A stretch of 64,000 bases of DNA from an uncultured Chromatiaceae bacterium (GTDB lineage Bacteria; Pseudomonadota; Gammaproteobacteria; JAADHS01): positions 16,846 to 80,845 of the forward strand of contig CAYQVF010000004.1 of assembly GCA_964421045.1 (NCBI GenBank). The letters are read 5' to 3'. The notes below the pieces were generated by a model that was not told the DNA's origin, did no database searches, and worked only from the letters and a program-made list of their open reading frames with translations. The position numbers and the translations under genes are program-made. Of the stretch, positions 1 to 10,503 are shown one piece after another; within the stretch, counting starts at the first letter, position 1, and each line of letters starts with the position of its first letter.

Positions 1-311
1 AACAACATAATATTATGGCTGCACGAAAAAATGGGGCACCTGGCGTATATATTGAGAACGATAAAATCGCATCCCTGGGTTTACGAATTAAAAAAAACTG
101 CGCCTATCATGGCCTTAGTTTTAATATTGATATGGATTTAGAGCCTTTTTCACGCATTAATCCCTGCGGTTTAAGCGATATAAAAATGACTCAGCTGAGA
201 AACTTTTTACCCAACTGCAACGTCTCAAACGTAAGCCAGGAAATTTCGACTTCTATTTTTCGTAACATGAATTATCAAACGCGCATATTTGAAACCCATC
301 CAATCACTTAA
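1..311 (+). CDS. lipB: Octanoyltransferase LipB, C-terminal part (gene starts upstream of window)
   Basis: Translation ...[43 protein letters not shown] matches LipB C-terminal catalytic region; immediately precedes lipA as in the conserved lipB-lipA pair. Confidence 0.8.
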   Translation, partial: QHNIMAARKNGAPGVYIENDKIASLGLRIKKNCAYHGLSFNIDMDLEPFSRINPCGLSDIKMTQLRNFLPNCNVSNVSQEISTSIFRNMNYQTRIFETHPIT

Positions 312-320
312 ATACTCAAA

Positions 321-1283
321 ATGAACGATAACAGAATAATCCCGCCAACCAATAACCGGCATCAACGCGGCGCTGACAAAGTAGCACGAATTCCAATAAA
401 AATTGCGCCTACCACGACACTCCTCAAAAAACCCAAATGGATTCGCGCTAAAGCTGCGAGCGGTAAAAAAGTCAGTCAGCTCAAGGCCGTGTTAAGAGAA
501 AATAAACTGCATACGGTTTGTGAAGAAGCTTCTTGCCCCAATCTAGGGGAGTGCTTCAGTCAAGGCACAGCTACCTTTATGATTATGGGCGACATCTGCA
601 CACGCCGCTGTCCATTTTGTGATGTTGCCCATGGCAAACCTTTAGCCTTAGACCAGCATGAACCTCAACATCTCGCACAAACTATCGCGAGCATGAAGTT
701 AAACTATGTTGTCATTACCTCGGTAGACAGAGACGATTTAAGAGATGGGGGGGCTGGGCATTTCGCCACTTGCATTCAGGCTATACGCACCGCAAGCCCA
801 GAAATTAAAATTGAAATTTTAGTTCCCGATTTCCGTGGACGTATGGAAAAAGCCCTCACCGCACTGACCTCGGAGCCACCTGATATTTTCAACCATAATC
901 TGGAAACCGTCCCCCGCCTTTATAAACAAGCTCGTCCTGGTGCCGACTACCTCTGGTCTCTCGACCTGCTCAAACAATTCGGAGCCGCTCATCCTGCGGT
1001 GCCAACCAAATCCGGCATCATGGTCGGCTTAGGTGAGACGATGCAAGAAATCGAAGACGTCATGCAAAATTTACGAGACCATCAATGCGACATGTTAACA
1101 ATAGGGCAATACCTGCAACCCACCCGCCACCACTTGCCCATCACTCGTTTTGTCACGCCAGAAGAGTTTGAAAAACTCGGTGAAATCGCAAAAAAAATGG
1201 GCTTCAAAAGAGTTGCCAGTGGACCGATGGTACGCTCGTCATATCATGCCGACCTGCAAGCTGCAGGTCAAAATGTAACATAA
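321..1283 (+). CDS. lipA: Lipoyl synthase
   Basis: 320 aa; CxxxCxxC radical-SAM motif (CPNLGEC) plus second Cys cluster (CTRRCPFC); typical LipA length and context after lipB. Confidence 0.95.
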   Translation: MNDNRIIPPTNNRHQRGADKVARIPIKIAPTTTLLKKPKWIRAKAASGKKVSQLKAVLRENKLHTVCEEASCPNLGECFSQGTATFMIMGDICTRRCPFCDVAHGKPLALDQHEPQHLAQTIASMKLNYVVITSVDRDDLRDGGAGHFATCIQAIRTASPEIKIEILVPDFRGRMEKALTALTSEPPDIFNHNLETVPRLYKQARPGADYLWSLDLLKQFGAAHPAVPTKSGIMVGLGETMQEIEDVMQNLRDHQCDMLTIGQYLQPTRHHLPITRFVTPEEFEKLGEIAKKMGFKRVASGPMVRSSYHADLQAAGQNVT

Positions 1284-1298
1284 AAATTTACTGCCCGA

Positions 1299-1685
1299 AT
1301 GATCAACCATATTATTCACGCCAGTTTAATCATCTCGGATGTAGTACAATCTCTTGAGTTTTACTGTACCGTTTTAAAATTGGAACGAGACCCTGATCGT
1401 CCCGACTTAGGCTACCCCGGCATCTGGTTAAATGTAGGAGCCCAACAAATTCATTTACTGCAATTACCCAATCCCGACCCAACGACTCAGCGACCCCAGC
1501 ATGGCGGACGAGACCGTCATATCGCCTTGGCTGTCCATGACCTGGATCAATTAACCACCCTGCTGACGCAAGCTCATATTTCTTTTACCACCAGCAAATC
1601 AGCTCGTCGAGCGCTATTTTGCCGCGACCCGGATGGTAATGCTTTGGAGTTTATTGAGCAAAAAACCGTATTACCTAGATCCTGA
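1299..1685 (+). CDS. Glyoxalase/bleomycin-resistance/dioxygenase (VOC) family protein
   Basis: 128 aa; paired beta-alpha-beta-beta-beta module signature (HIAL..., DPDGNALEF) typical of VOC superfamily; family-level call only. Confidence 0.6.
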   Translation: MINHIIHASLIISDVVQSLEFYCTVLKLERDPDRPDLGYPGIWLNVGAQQIHLLQLPNPDPTTQRPQHGGRDRHIALAVHDLDQLTTLLTQAHISFTTSKSARRALFCRDPDGNALEFIEQKTVLPRS

Positions 1686-1851
1686 TATCTGAACGGGGTA
1701 ATAATTGGCATATTCACTGTGCTTTTGTTACTTTTCCTCCGTGAGCTCAAGAGGTAATTTTTATGGATCTCAAAAAAACAGAAGTCATTAACAAAAAAAC
1801 CGCCAATTTTGCCAGAGGTTCGTGACGCATCACTGCTTTTGAACCCCATAT

Positions 1852-2685
1852 ATGGAGAATAAGGTCATGACAAAGCGTATTGTAGTATGCTCAGATGGAA
1901 CGTGGAACAAATGGGAATCAGGCAGCGAAAAAAACACAAACGTAGGCCAAACCAAGGAAGCCCTAATAAATGACCCGGATCAATCTCAAATTGTATTTTA
2001 TGACAGTGGCGTAGGTACCGGGATTCATAAATATATAGGCGGAATCACAGGGCTGGGCATCTCCGATAACATCATTCAATGTTATCGATACATCGCCGAA
2101 AATTACACACCAGGGGATCAAATTTACCTGTTTGGCTTTAGCCGCGGGGCTTACACCGTGCGCATCGTTGCCGGTTTAATTTATAAATGTGGCTTGCTTA
2201 AAAACAATCATATCGATCAAATCAAAAACGGCTACAAACTGTATCACGGCAAAGATGAGCAAGCCAAAGCAGAATTCAAAAAAAGGTATTCACACCCCGA
2301 GTGTAAAATTGAAATGATCGGCGTCTGGGACACCGTTGGCGCATTTGGCATCCCGGTGAGCTGGCTGAATCGATTCAATCCTTTTTTCAAAGAATTCAAA
2401 GACCGAAAACTCAACTCTGATGTCAAAAATGCTTACCATGCAGTTTCAATTGATGAAAAAAGAAAAAAATTCGCACCAACAATGTGGGAACCTTCCCAAT
2501 TTATAGAGCAAGTCTGGTTTAGCGGTACACATTCTGACGTTGGAGGCGGAAATAAAGAACGAGGACTGAGTGATATCGCATTAGCGTGGATGCTATCAAA
2601 AGCTAAAACACACGGCCTCACATTGCATTTCAATAAAATGAGTGAAATCAAACCGTGCTACGCTTCTCCCATCGAAAGTGCCTGA
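1852..2685 (+). CDS. DUF2235 (Tle1-like) alpha/beta-hydrolase domain protein, compact stand-alone form
   Basis: 277 aa, no signal peptide; N-terminal CSDGTWN motif, nucleophile elbow GFSRGA (GxSxG), VWDTVGA (Asp) and HSDVGGG (His) = Ser-Asp-His triad arrangement of DUF2235/T6SS-lipase Tle1 catalytic domain. Confidence 0.7.
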   Translation: MENKVMTKRIVVCSDGTWNKWESGSEKNTNVGQTKEALINDPDQSQIVFYDSGVGTGIHKYIGGITGLGISDNIIQCYRYIAENYTPGDQIYLFGFSRGAYTVRIVAGLIYKCGLLKNNHIDQIKNGYKLYHGKDEQAKAEFKKRYSHPECKIEMIGVWDTVGAFGIPVSWLNRFNPFFKEFKDRKLNSDVKNAYHAVSIDEKRKKFAPTMWEPSQFIEQVWFSGTHSDVGGGNKERGLSDIALAWMLSKAKTHGLTLHFNKMSEIKPCYASPIESA

Positions 2686-3175
2686 ACCGGCCTATGGAAA
2701 CTCAGTAAAAAATATCATCGCCCCATCGCGACCTCCGCATCCACGTTGCGGTGGAACAACGCATTAAAGAAAAAGCCCTGCAACCCCAGTATCAACCTGT
2801 TAATTTAACAGAACTTGATTGATCGAACCCATCAACCTGCACACTCATTGGAGAGCAAACCCAAAACGACAATCATTCTTTGAATTAATCCATCTATAAC
2901 AGTCGTGTCACCCCCTGAAAAAACACGGCTTTTCACTCATTTTCCGCAAAAAACTCAACAAAATAGCTGAATCAAAACGCCCCCCCCCATTAGAGGGCGT
3001 TGATTCAACAAACTGAATTTAAAATACGATCATCAAGGTTAAATCTCTTCCTTTTGTTGCTATTTGATTACAGTTCACGTCATTTTCTTCGACTGCCAAA
3101 TCAAAACCATCCTGCTAGCCATGTTAGAATAACCCTGTTTTCCCTTGTTTCGGGAAACAATACGAGGCGAGCGGT

Positions 3176-4972
3176 ATGAAAGAAATACAAAACTTAAAAT
3201 ATTTATTTAGCGCAATACTTATATTGATAATGAGTTGTGGTGGCGGGGGTAGCTTGCCCGAAAGTCGACCAGCTACCTCGATTAAGGGTGTGGCCTTTGA
3301 TGCCGCAATTGTAAATGGCTTGGTTACTGTTTATGATTACTCTACAGGCAATAAAGGTACTAAGTTTAATAGCGGAAGTACAGATGAATTTGGCAATTTT
3401 TCAGTCGATTTAGCCATAGCAAACCAGCCTCTTTTACTCGAAATAAAGGGTGGCCAATATGAAGAAGAGGCGAGCGGCACACTCGTCGCTCTGAATTCAG
3501 AGCAAAAACTATCGACTGTTATTAACTATAAAGCAAACTCTTCCAAACAGGTCACAATTTCTTATTATACGCACTTAGCTACAGGACTCACTGAATTTTT
3601 AATCAATACCGGTGTAGACGTCACTGCAGCAATAGAGCAAGCCAATACATCTATAAGCAACATGACCGGCGTATCGATCACAGACACCATTCCACAAAAC
3701 ATTACTTTGGGTACTGCAAGTGATACGGAATTAACAGATTCTTATCGTTATGGTTTTTTGACGGCTGCCGTTTCTGAATGGACTAAATGGGTCAGCGAGC
3801 AAAATGCGGAGAACGTGGTTCATACGCTATATAACAGCATCCAGTTTGCCCAGCTGACCTATGAAGATGTTCGGATAGATGGCCGTCTTGATGGCATAGG
3901 AGCAAACGGTGCATTATTCATGGGTGAGGTTGCCGTGAATGCTGAGCATTACATAAATGAAATTCCGCAGCGTTTATTGCGTCTTGCCAATTCAGACTTA
4001 AATAGAAGTGCCTTAACCTCTGAAGATTTGCTCGTGGTCGCTGCAGATTACAATAGCTCTTTATTCGATTTAGAACTATTTGCCAGTGCGCCAGATCTAC
4101 CCCGTTTAAATTTAAGCCCCGTGATCGGTACGCTGTCACTTGCGGATGCAGAGACTGTTTCCGGTGTCATTGAACAATTTGGCGCTGACGTTACAGATCA
4201 AACAGGTATAGCACAAATTGATATTACAATCGATGGTGTTGTGCATGCGAGTGTGCCCGATTTTTCTAACCCCTTTATAAACATAGACTCAACCGTTTTG
4301 GATGACGGCCCGCATCAATTTGGACTCATCGCAACCAACGTCCTAGGGATTTCATTATCGGTTTCGAAAGAAATTATTATCGACAATACCCCTCCGGTTG
4401 TCAGCGAGGTATGGCCCCTATCTGGACAGGCATTTAATAGTGATTTTGAAGTGACCGCAAATATCTCTGATACTCAGGGTATAGCAACAGTCGAAATCAA
4501 CTTTTCAGAAGAATATATTAAGAACCCGGTGATTCAGGAAACAGGACAGATAACACAACCCTTTGTGGTCTCAGCGATGGAAGATGGAGCCTATACACTC
4601 AATGTAGTGGCAACAGACTTTGCAGGCAATCTCGGCTCAGCAAACGAGACCATGGTTTATATAGATCAAACACGCCCCGAACTCGTTATCGCGGATACTT
4701 ACGAAGCATATAGCGAGGGGTGTACGGCGACGATTCACTCAGCAACCGATACGACCTCTGGGTTAGTTTCGCTCAAAGTCGAAATTGAAACTGAGATTAA
4801 AGAAGTTAATTGGGAGGCTCCCGTGAATATGGTTATGGGTCTCGGAGATTCAAATGTCTCGTTTATTGCCCGAGACAGAGCCGGTAATGAGCATAGAGTG
4901 GATAGATGCATTCGAAAAACAGCGGAGAGCGCAAGTTGTGAGACTGCACCCAATGACGCTTGCGGGCTTTAA
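3176..4972 (+). CDS. Lipoprotein with carboxypeptidase-regulatory-like N-domain and bacterial Ig-like domains (function unknown)
   Basis: 598 aa; signal peptide + lipobox (LIMSC|GGGGS); N-terminal transthyretin-like segment (GVAFDAAIVNGLVTVYDY...TDEFGNFSV), C-terminal Ig-like segments (IDITIDGVV..., VWPLSGQAFNSDFEVTANISD...); Cys-rich C-terminus. Confidence 0.55.
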   Translation: MKEIQNLKYLFSAILILIMSCGGGGSLPESRPATSIKGVAFDAAIVNGLVTVYDYSTGNKGTKFNSGSTDEFGNFSVDLAIANQPLLLEIKGGQYEEEASGTLVALNSEQKLSTVINYKANSSKQVTISYYTHLATGLTEFLINTGVDVTAAIEQANTSISNMTGVSITDTIPQNITLGTASDTELTDSYRYGFLTAAVSEWTKWVSEQNAENVVHTLYNSIQFAQLTYEDVRIDGRLDGIGANGALFMGEVAVNAEHYINEIPQRLLRLANSDLNRSALTSEDLLVVAADYNSSLFDLELFASAPDLPRLNLSPVIGTLSLADAETVSGVIEQFGADVTDQTGIAQIDITIDGVVHASVPDFSNPFINIDSTVLDDGPHQFGLIATNVLGISLSVSKEIIIDNTPPVVSEVWPLSGQAFNSDFEVTANISDTQGIATVEINFSEEYIKNPVIQETGQITQPFVVSAMEDGAYTLNVVATDFAGNLGSANETMVYIDQTRPELVIADTYEAYSEGCTATIHSATDTTSGLVSLKVEIETEIKEVNWEAPVNMVMGLGDSNVSFIARDRAGNEHRVDRCIRKTAESASCETAPNDACGL

Positions 4973-5064
4973 TTTAGAAAAACAGATCCACTTTATGCTC
5001 CTAAGCTTAGGGCCTGTAAATAACTTAGCATGCTGCGCCAGTTAGGGTTTTCCCGGACAGCCTC

Positions 5065-5802
5065 CTAAGACTTCTCTGCGGCAAGATGTAATGTAATGGT
5101 AACGCGTCGATTATTGGCCTTACCCTCGTCGGTTTTATTGGACGCATTGGGTTGTGTGTCGGCATAACCAATGGCTCTGAGTTGCGTCTCAGGTACGCCT
5201 TGCTCAATAAGGTAACGCGTTATGTTCGTTGCTCTGGCTGTAGAGAGCTCCCAGTTTGAAGGATATAGCTCTGACTGAATCGGAGTATTGTCGGTATGCC
5301 CAGCAATAGACGTGGGATGTGGGTGTTGTTTCAGGAGATGAGCAATGTCATTCAGCGCCTTGTAAGCGTAGGGCTTAATAGCAACCTCGCCAGGCTGGAA
5401 GACCAGCTGGTTCTTTAACGTCACGCTGAGCTTCTCTTCGTTTTCTTCAATGCTGATATTGTCTTTATCCGTATCTGTCGTCTTCAGGAGTTGTTGCCAC
5501 GCCGCTGATTGGGTCGTTGCCGTTGTAACATCAACCATCGTGCTTGAGATTTTCTCTTTATTCGCATTACCACCGTCAATGCTGCTTTGATAAGAGAGTA
5601 ATAATACAAATAAAGTGATGAGCAGTGTTAACATATCGACATAGCTAATCAACCACGACTCCTTTCCTTCTGGAGGAAGAGGCTCATATATGGGTCTATC
5701 CTCTATGGATAGCGGCGAGCTATCAACAGGCTGAACATCGATACACGAGCGACGGCTTGTCAATGAGGTACAATGAGGTTCGCGATAGCGATCATTAGAC
5801 AT
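5065..5802 (-). CDS. motB: MotB/OmpA-family stator protein (peptidoglycan-binding)
   Basis: ATG at 5802 overlaps motA stop (TAATG coupling). Single TM helix with conserved Asp context (LISYVDMLTLLITLFVLL), C-terminal OmpA-like PG-binding domain (TARATNITRYL...NRRVTITLHL). Longest ORF extends to 5847. Confidence 0.75.
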   Translation of the reverse strand: MSNDRYREPHCTSLTSRRSCIDVQPVDSSPLSIEDRPIYEPLPPEGKESWLISYVDMLTLLITLFVLLLSYQSSIDGGNANKEKISSTMVDVTTATTQSAAWQQLLKTTDTDKDNISIEENEEKLSVTLKNQLVFQPGEVAIKPYAYKALNDIAHLLKQHPHPTSIAGHTDNTPIQSELYPSNWELSTARATNITRYLIEQGVPETQLRAIGYADTQPNASNKTDEGKANNRRVTITLHLAAEKS

Positions 5803-6605
5803 TAGAATCTCGCTTCTACTAAAGTACCACCTGTGGTTATTGTGCACTGTTGCTGCGCCATGAATGCGCCAAGCGTCTCCTTCATCATGCTGGGGTGCTG
5901 ACGCTCAGACAATAAAATAATGCCTTCTCGCATAATAGCCATAGCAATCAAATCTTTTTCCAGTTCACGTTCTTTTTTTATTGCCAAAGGTTTAAGCATC
6001 AGGTTTGCAGCAATAATACCGTATAATGTAGACAGCATCGCAAACCCCATAGCGATACCCACTTGAGCAAGAGAGCTGGTATCCAAATTATTAAGCATAT
6101 GGATCAATCCCAACAAAGTACCCAGCATGCCAAATGCGGGTGCAAAAGTTGCCATCGATCTCAATATCTGAACATCGCTACTTTCTCTTGAGCGTAGCCC
6201 CTGAATACGCCACTGCATTGCTTTATCAACCTCTCTGATTGATGAGCGATCCAATACAAGCTGTGCTCCTGAGCGTAAAAAGATGTTATCAATTTTGCTC
6301 GTTTCATACTCAGCGGCTCTGATATTGCCATGCCGATAACAATCAGCGGTTTGGAATAGTTTTTCCATTTCATAGAGATAACTAAAGGGTCTGTCTTTAC
6401 GAAAAATAAAGACTGAACGAAATGCTCGCCTAACATCAGAAAAGGGGCGAGAGATTAACGTTGCAATCAAGGTACCACCGAAAACAATAAGCAACCCAGG
6501 TACATTAACAAACGCTAACAGTTCTTTTTGAAAAACAAAGAGTACGTAAATAAATGCGAACCCAAAACAAAAAATGGCTGCGTACACATTAAATTTTTTA
6601 AACAT
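5802..6605 (-). CDS. motA: MotA/PomA-family proton(or Na+)-channel stator protein
   Basis: 267 aa, 4-TM MotA/TolQ/ExbB architecture with conserved C-terminal TM3/TM4 block (FAPAFGMLGTLLGLIHMLNNL...GIAMGFAMLSTLYGIIAANLMLKP) and cytoplasmic loop like PomA. Confidence 0.8.
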   Translation of the reverse strand: MFKKFNVYAAIFCFGFAFIYVLFVFQKELLAFVNVPGLLIVFGGTLIATLISRPFSDVRRAFRSVFIFRKDRPFSYLYEMEKLFQTADCYRHGNIRAAEYETSKIDNIFLRSGAQLVLDRSSIREVDKAMQWRIQGLRSRESSDVQILRSMATFAPAFGMLGTLLGLIHMLNNLDTSSLAQVGIAMGFAMLSTLYGIIAANLMLKPLAIKKERELEKDLIAMAIMREGIILLSERQHPSMMKETLGAFMAQQQCTITTGGTLVEARF

Positions 6606-7348
6606 CAGCTACCCACCTAATAATTCTGCTATGCTGTTTGCATAGCAATGTCTATACCCAACCTACCCAAAAACACTACAAAGTGAACAATATTACGGAG
6701 AGTGATTGAAATATAAAGATATTTAATTAGTTTGTTTTAAGAATAATGATAAAGAATCAGCACACAAAATTCAGGCTATTGCCAAGGAAAGCGGCAAGAC
6801 TCTGCCAAGTTGCCCCCCCCTTCCTACAAAGATGACCCGAAAAGTTTTGCGCTGAAACGGTTGCCAGAGCGATTTAGCCCCGGAATCAGACATAACGGGT
6901 TTATTGTTCAGGTGTTTATCCATATTCATGGTTACTATAGCGTGTCATTATTTTGCAATAGTAATCGGCAATGCCGAAACACCCGTCGCCGAGAATAGCC
7001 CACGTTGGTGATCTGCCCCTGTATCGACCCTAAATTTATCCATTGCTTTTGCCAAAATTCGCCACCAACACTCAGTTGAACCTAGAATCCGAAGTTGGAC
7101 GAGCTGAAGATGAGATTTCAAATTCCGAAGTTATTACGTGCGCGTTCCTAAGTATGTGATGTCCGTCTGGCTAACGAATAAAACACACTCTCAACACCTA
7201 AACCTCAAATGCTACGGGTATAGATGCAGAAAAAATTCGACTATATGTGCGGCATCAGAAAAAAAGAACGGCAGTTAGAACAGAACTAAGGGTGTGTGTT
7301 TACTTTCTTATCGAGATAAAATCCAATTTTATCTCTTCGTGTATATTA

Positions 7349-9016
7349 TCATTCTCTATAGCGAGATGAGGGGCGGCAGGACCCCCAGGTGAATACACCG
7401 ATAATAAACAACGTCCAACTCAGTAAAGGCACGCCCATCACAGCAGGGACACCGTGCCCACTCATGACATAAATAATGGCTGCGCTAATTAATAACGCAG
7501 CACCGATAATAGCACCATAAGTGTGACGATGACCTTCTCGGATTTCTTTTTGTAATTGCTGTATTTGTCGCACTTCTCCTTGCGCCTTAAAATGACCTGT
7601 CTGCATCTGGTTCAGTACTTCATAAGCCATGATGGGTAGGCGCGGCAATTTTTCTGACCACATGGGCCAATTTTCTTTGAAATCTTTTAGGAATGCTTGC
7701 GGTCCAATCTGCTTCTTCATCCATCCTTCCAGGTAGGGTTTAGCTGTCTTCCACAAATCTAGCTCCGGATAGAGTTCTCTACCTAATCCTTCAATATTGA
7801 GCAAGGTTTTTTGTAACAAAACAAGTTGTGGCTGCACCTCCATATTAAAACGTCGAGCGGTTTGAAAAAGACGCAATAATAAATGACCGAAAGAGATTTC
7901 CTTTAATGGCTTTTCAAAAATAGGCTCGCATACACTTCTGATCGCAGATTCAAATTCATCAATTCGAGTTCCACTGGGTACCCATTCTGACTGTACATGT
8001 AGTTCAGCAACACGAAAATAATCACGATTAAAAAAGGCGATAAAATTTTCTGCGAGATAATGTTGATCTTTGGGGCTCAGGGTTCCCATAATACCAAAAT
8101 CAACGGCGATATATTGTCCCTCTGGGGAAACAAAAATATTGCCCGGATGCATGTCTGCATGAAAAAAATTGTCACGAAAGACTTGGGTGAAAAAAATTTC
8201 CACACCCAGTTCTGATAATTTTTGTAAGTTTACATTTTGCCGTTTTAATTCATTAATGTGACCTACGGGTATGCCGCTAATGCGTTCCATAACCATGACG
8301 TTCTTACGCGTATAAGGCCAATAAATCTCTGGTATATAAAGCAAGGGGGAGCTTGAAAAATTTCTTCTTAGCTGGGAAGCATTGGCAGCTTCTCGCATTA
8401 AATCCAACTCATCCAAAATAGTTTTTTCGTATTCCGCAACGACCTCGACAGGTCGCAGGCGTCGTCCATCTTTCCAATAGCGCTCTGCCATTTCGGCTAA
8501 AATGTACATTAATGCAATATCGTGACGAATGGTTTTTTCGATACCCGGGCGCAGTACCTTGATAACGACATTTTTGCCATTATGAAGGCGCGCAGCATGA
8601 ACCTGGGCAATGGATGCGGATGCTATTGGCACGACTTCGAAATATGAAAAGTTCTCTGTTATTGGCTCACCCAATGCCTTTTCGATAATGGCCTGGGCTT
8701 CTTCACCTGAAAAGGGGGGAACTTTATCTAAAAGTAGAGTCAATTCATCGGCAATGTCATCGGGCAATAAATCCCTGCGAGTCGATAAATTTTGCCCGAA
8801 CTTAACAAAAATAGGCCCCAGGTCTTCTAAAGTACAACGAATACGTTCGCCCCGTCCGCGTGTATCTTCGGCTCTAAACCATTGCCATGGCAATAGGTAG
8901 CGAAGAAAATGGAAAGGTTTAAAAAAAGGAATGGTCAACAGTAGGTCATCAAGACGATGACGTAATAAAATTCTGTTAATATAAAATAAGCGCAGCAACC
9001 GAGCAGGGTGAATCAC
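7349..9016 (-). CDS. ubiB: Ubiquinone biosynthesis protein kinase-like UbiB (ABC1 family)
   Basis: ABC1 kinase-like motifs, C-terminal TM helices; follows ubiE-ubiJ. Start set at in-frame GTG (9016) 10 nt after AAGGAG and just after ubiJ stop; longest ORF (to 9112) would overlap ubiJ by 89 nt. Confidence 0.85.
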   Translation of the reverse strand: MIHPARLLRLFYINRILLRHRLDDLLLTIPFFKPFHFLRYLLPWQWFRAEDTRGRGERIRCTLEDLGPIFVKFGQNLSTRRDLLPDDIADELTLLLDKVPPFSGEEAQAIIEKALGEPITENFSYFEVVPIASASIAQVHAARLHNGKNVVIKVLRPGIEKTIRHDIALMYILAEMAERYWKDGRRLRPVEVVAEYEKTILDELDLMREAANASQLRRNFSSSPLLYIPEIYWPYTRKNVMVMERISGIPVGHINELKRQNVNLQKLSELGVEIFFTQVFRDNFFHADMHPGNIFVSPEGQYIAVDFGIMGTLSPKDQHYLAENFIAFFNRDYFRVAELHVQSEWVPSGTRIDEFESAIRSVCEPIFEKPLKEISFGHLLLRLFQTARRFNMEVQPQLVLLQKTLLNIEGLGRELYPELDLWKTAKPYLEGWMKKQIGPQAFLKDFKENWPMWSEKLPRLPIMAYEVLNQMQTGHFKAQGEVRQIQQLQKEIREGHRHTYGAIIGAALLISAAIIYVMSGHGVPAVMGVPLLSWTLFIIGVFTWGSCRPSSRYRE

Positions 9017-9023
9017 GACACGC

Positions 9024-9662
9024 TTACTCCTTGGTTGCTTTATCGGCTTGCAAATGTTCGCTAAAGCGATGAACACGTGCTGCCAGTCTGTCTGCCTGAG
9101 CGCGTAATGCATCCACGTTGACGAGAAAAGTGTTTACTTCTGCTTGAGAAGGAAGATGGCGACTTTCCTCTTGAAGGTATTCGGCCGAGTCTTGTGCCAA
9201 CGTATTTAAAACACCTCGCCCCCAGGCGAAGGCCTCTCTGGAGACATAACCAAGCTGGTGCGCAACCACATCACCCGTAACATGGGAGAGCTGTTCTTCC
9301 CAATCAATATCGAGGTTATCCATGAAGGATTTGAATCGACGACCGGTATCCAAATCACCATAAAATTCAACATCGCCCTTAAACAGTCCTACCGCTTGTT
9401 GTGTGCCTCGTTGCAACCCAAGACGCGCCAAGCCTATTGGCGAACCGACTAATCGCGTGTCCGGCTCCCCCTTAAAATCGCTCAGTATATGAATAGATTG
9501 CTCCGCAATGCGCAGAGTCAAGGTTATATTAAAGCCTTTTAATTCAATAGCTATAATTTTTCCTGCCATAGGTTCAAGTTTGACTCGAGCATCTGGATCC
9601 AAATCCAGAACTTGATTTAATGCCACTTCTAGTGGCGCCCACAAGTGTGCTGCCCAAGTCAC
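9024..9662 (-). CDS. ubiJ: Ubiquinone biosynthesis accessory factor UbiJ (SCP2 domain)
   Basis: 212 aa between ubiE and ubiB, N-terminal SCP2-like lipid-binding region; position-conserved ubiE-ubiJ-ubiB operon. Confidence 0.7.
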   Translation of the reverse strand: MTWAAHLWAPLEVALNQVLDLDPDARVKLEPMAGKIIAIELKGFNITLTLRIAEQSIHILSDFKGEPDTRLVGSPIGLARLGLQRGTQQAVGLFKGDVEFYGDLDTGRRFKSFMDNLDIDWEEQLSHVTGDVVAHQLGYVSREAFAWGRGVLNTLAQDSAEYLQEESRHLPSQAEVNTFLVNVDALRAQADRLAARVHRFSEHLQADKATKE

Positions 9663-9741
9663 AGTATATTCCTCAAGACATAAAAATGAAGTAGCGGCTC
9701 AGATTGCCTCTGAAATTCACACTTAATTTCGCTTGTGGCTG

Positions 9742-10503
9742 TCACAACTTGAAAGCGCGATGAATCGCAACAATGCCACCTGACATATTATATATATCCA
9801 CCTGGCCAAACCCCGCATCATGTATCATGGATTTTAATGTTTCCTGGTTGGGGTGCATACGAATAGATTCAGCCAGGTAACGATAGCTGTCTGCATCTCT
9901 CGCTACCACGCGCCCTATCAACGGTAACAATTTAAACGAATAAGCGTCGTAAATGGGTTTAAGGCCAGGAACAACGGGTTGAGAAAATTCCAATACCAGC
10001 AAACGCCCGCCCGGCTTGAGCACACGATACATTTCTTTTATCGCTTTAAGTTTATCCGTAACATTACGTAAGCCAAATGAAATCGTGATGCAATTAAAAT
10101 GATGATCTGGAAACGGCAAGGTTTCGGCGCTGGCCAATACATAACGAACATTAGCAACCACGCCCTCGTTGACTAAACGACGACGACCTTCATGTAACAT
10201 GCTGGCATTGATATCGGAGGCGATGACCTCGCCTTTCGAGCCCACTTTGGGCGCCATTTTAGAGACTAAATCACCGGTTCCCGTCGCTAAATCCAATATG
10301 TGCTCACCCCGCCTGGGGGCAACAATCCCGAGCGCAAAGCGTTTCCATAAGCGATGTACACCCAAAGACATCAAGTCATTCATGACATCATATTTAGGGG
10401 CAACCGAATCAAAAACCGCCGCAACTTTACGTGTTTTTTCAGAAGCAGGAACAGACTGATAACCAAAATGCGTCGTGCTATTCTGCGGTTCTTTTTCGCT
10501 CAT
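9742..10503 (-). CDS. ubiE: Ubiquinone/menaquinone C-methyltransferase UbiE
   Basis: 253 aa; UbiE N-terminal [41 protein letters not shown] and SAM-binding motif LDLATGTGD. Confidence 0.9.
   Translation of the reverse strand: MSEKEPQNSTTHFGYQSVPASEKTRKVAAVFDSVAPKYDVMNDLMSLGVHRLWKRFALGIVAPRRGEHILDLATGTGDLVSKMAPKVGSKGEVIASDINASMLHEGRRRLVNEGVVANVRYVLASAETLPFPDHHFNCITISFGLRNVTDKLKAIKEMYRVLKPGGRLLVLEFSQPVVPGLKPIYDAYSFKLLPLIGRVVARDADSYRYLAESIRMHPNQETLKSMIHDAGFGQVDIYNMSGGIVAIHRAFKL

Noticed and set aside
1574-1849. Antisense/overlapping ORFs inside well-supported genes (e.g., 1574-1849, 2244-2651, 8610-8900, 11164-11950, 13519-14953, 43798-44196, 45870-46280, 57264-57659)
   Set aside because: Embedded in opposite strand or alternate frame of confidently identified conserved genes; typical spurious ORFs.
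1852-2685. T6SS Tle1 phospholipase effector with immunity lipoprotein
   Set aside because: Protein is only 277 aa (Tle1 >800 aa), lacks secretion-associated regions, and no vgrG/hcp/PAAR/tss genes are nearby; the downstream lipoprotein does not resemble Tli1.
5065-6605. MotAB pair as a Zorya (ZorAB) anti-phage system
   Set aside because: ZorA proteins carry a long (>400 aa) C-terminal tail; this MotA is 267 aa with canonical PomA/MotA architecture, and no ZorC/ZorD/ZorE-like genes are adjacent.
6810-6998. 62-aa ORF in the long motA-upstream region
   Set aside because: Overlaps the C8 tract, no RBS, low-complexity Pro/Arg-rich translation; likely non-coding.
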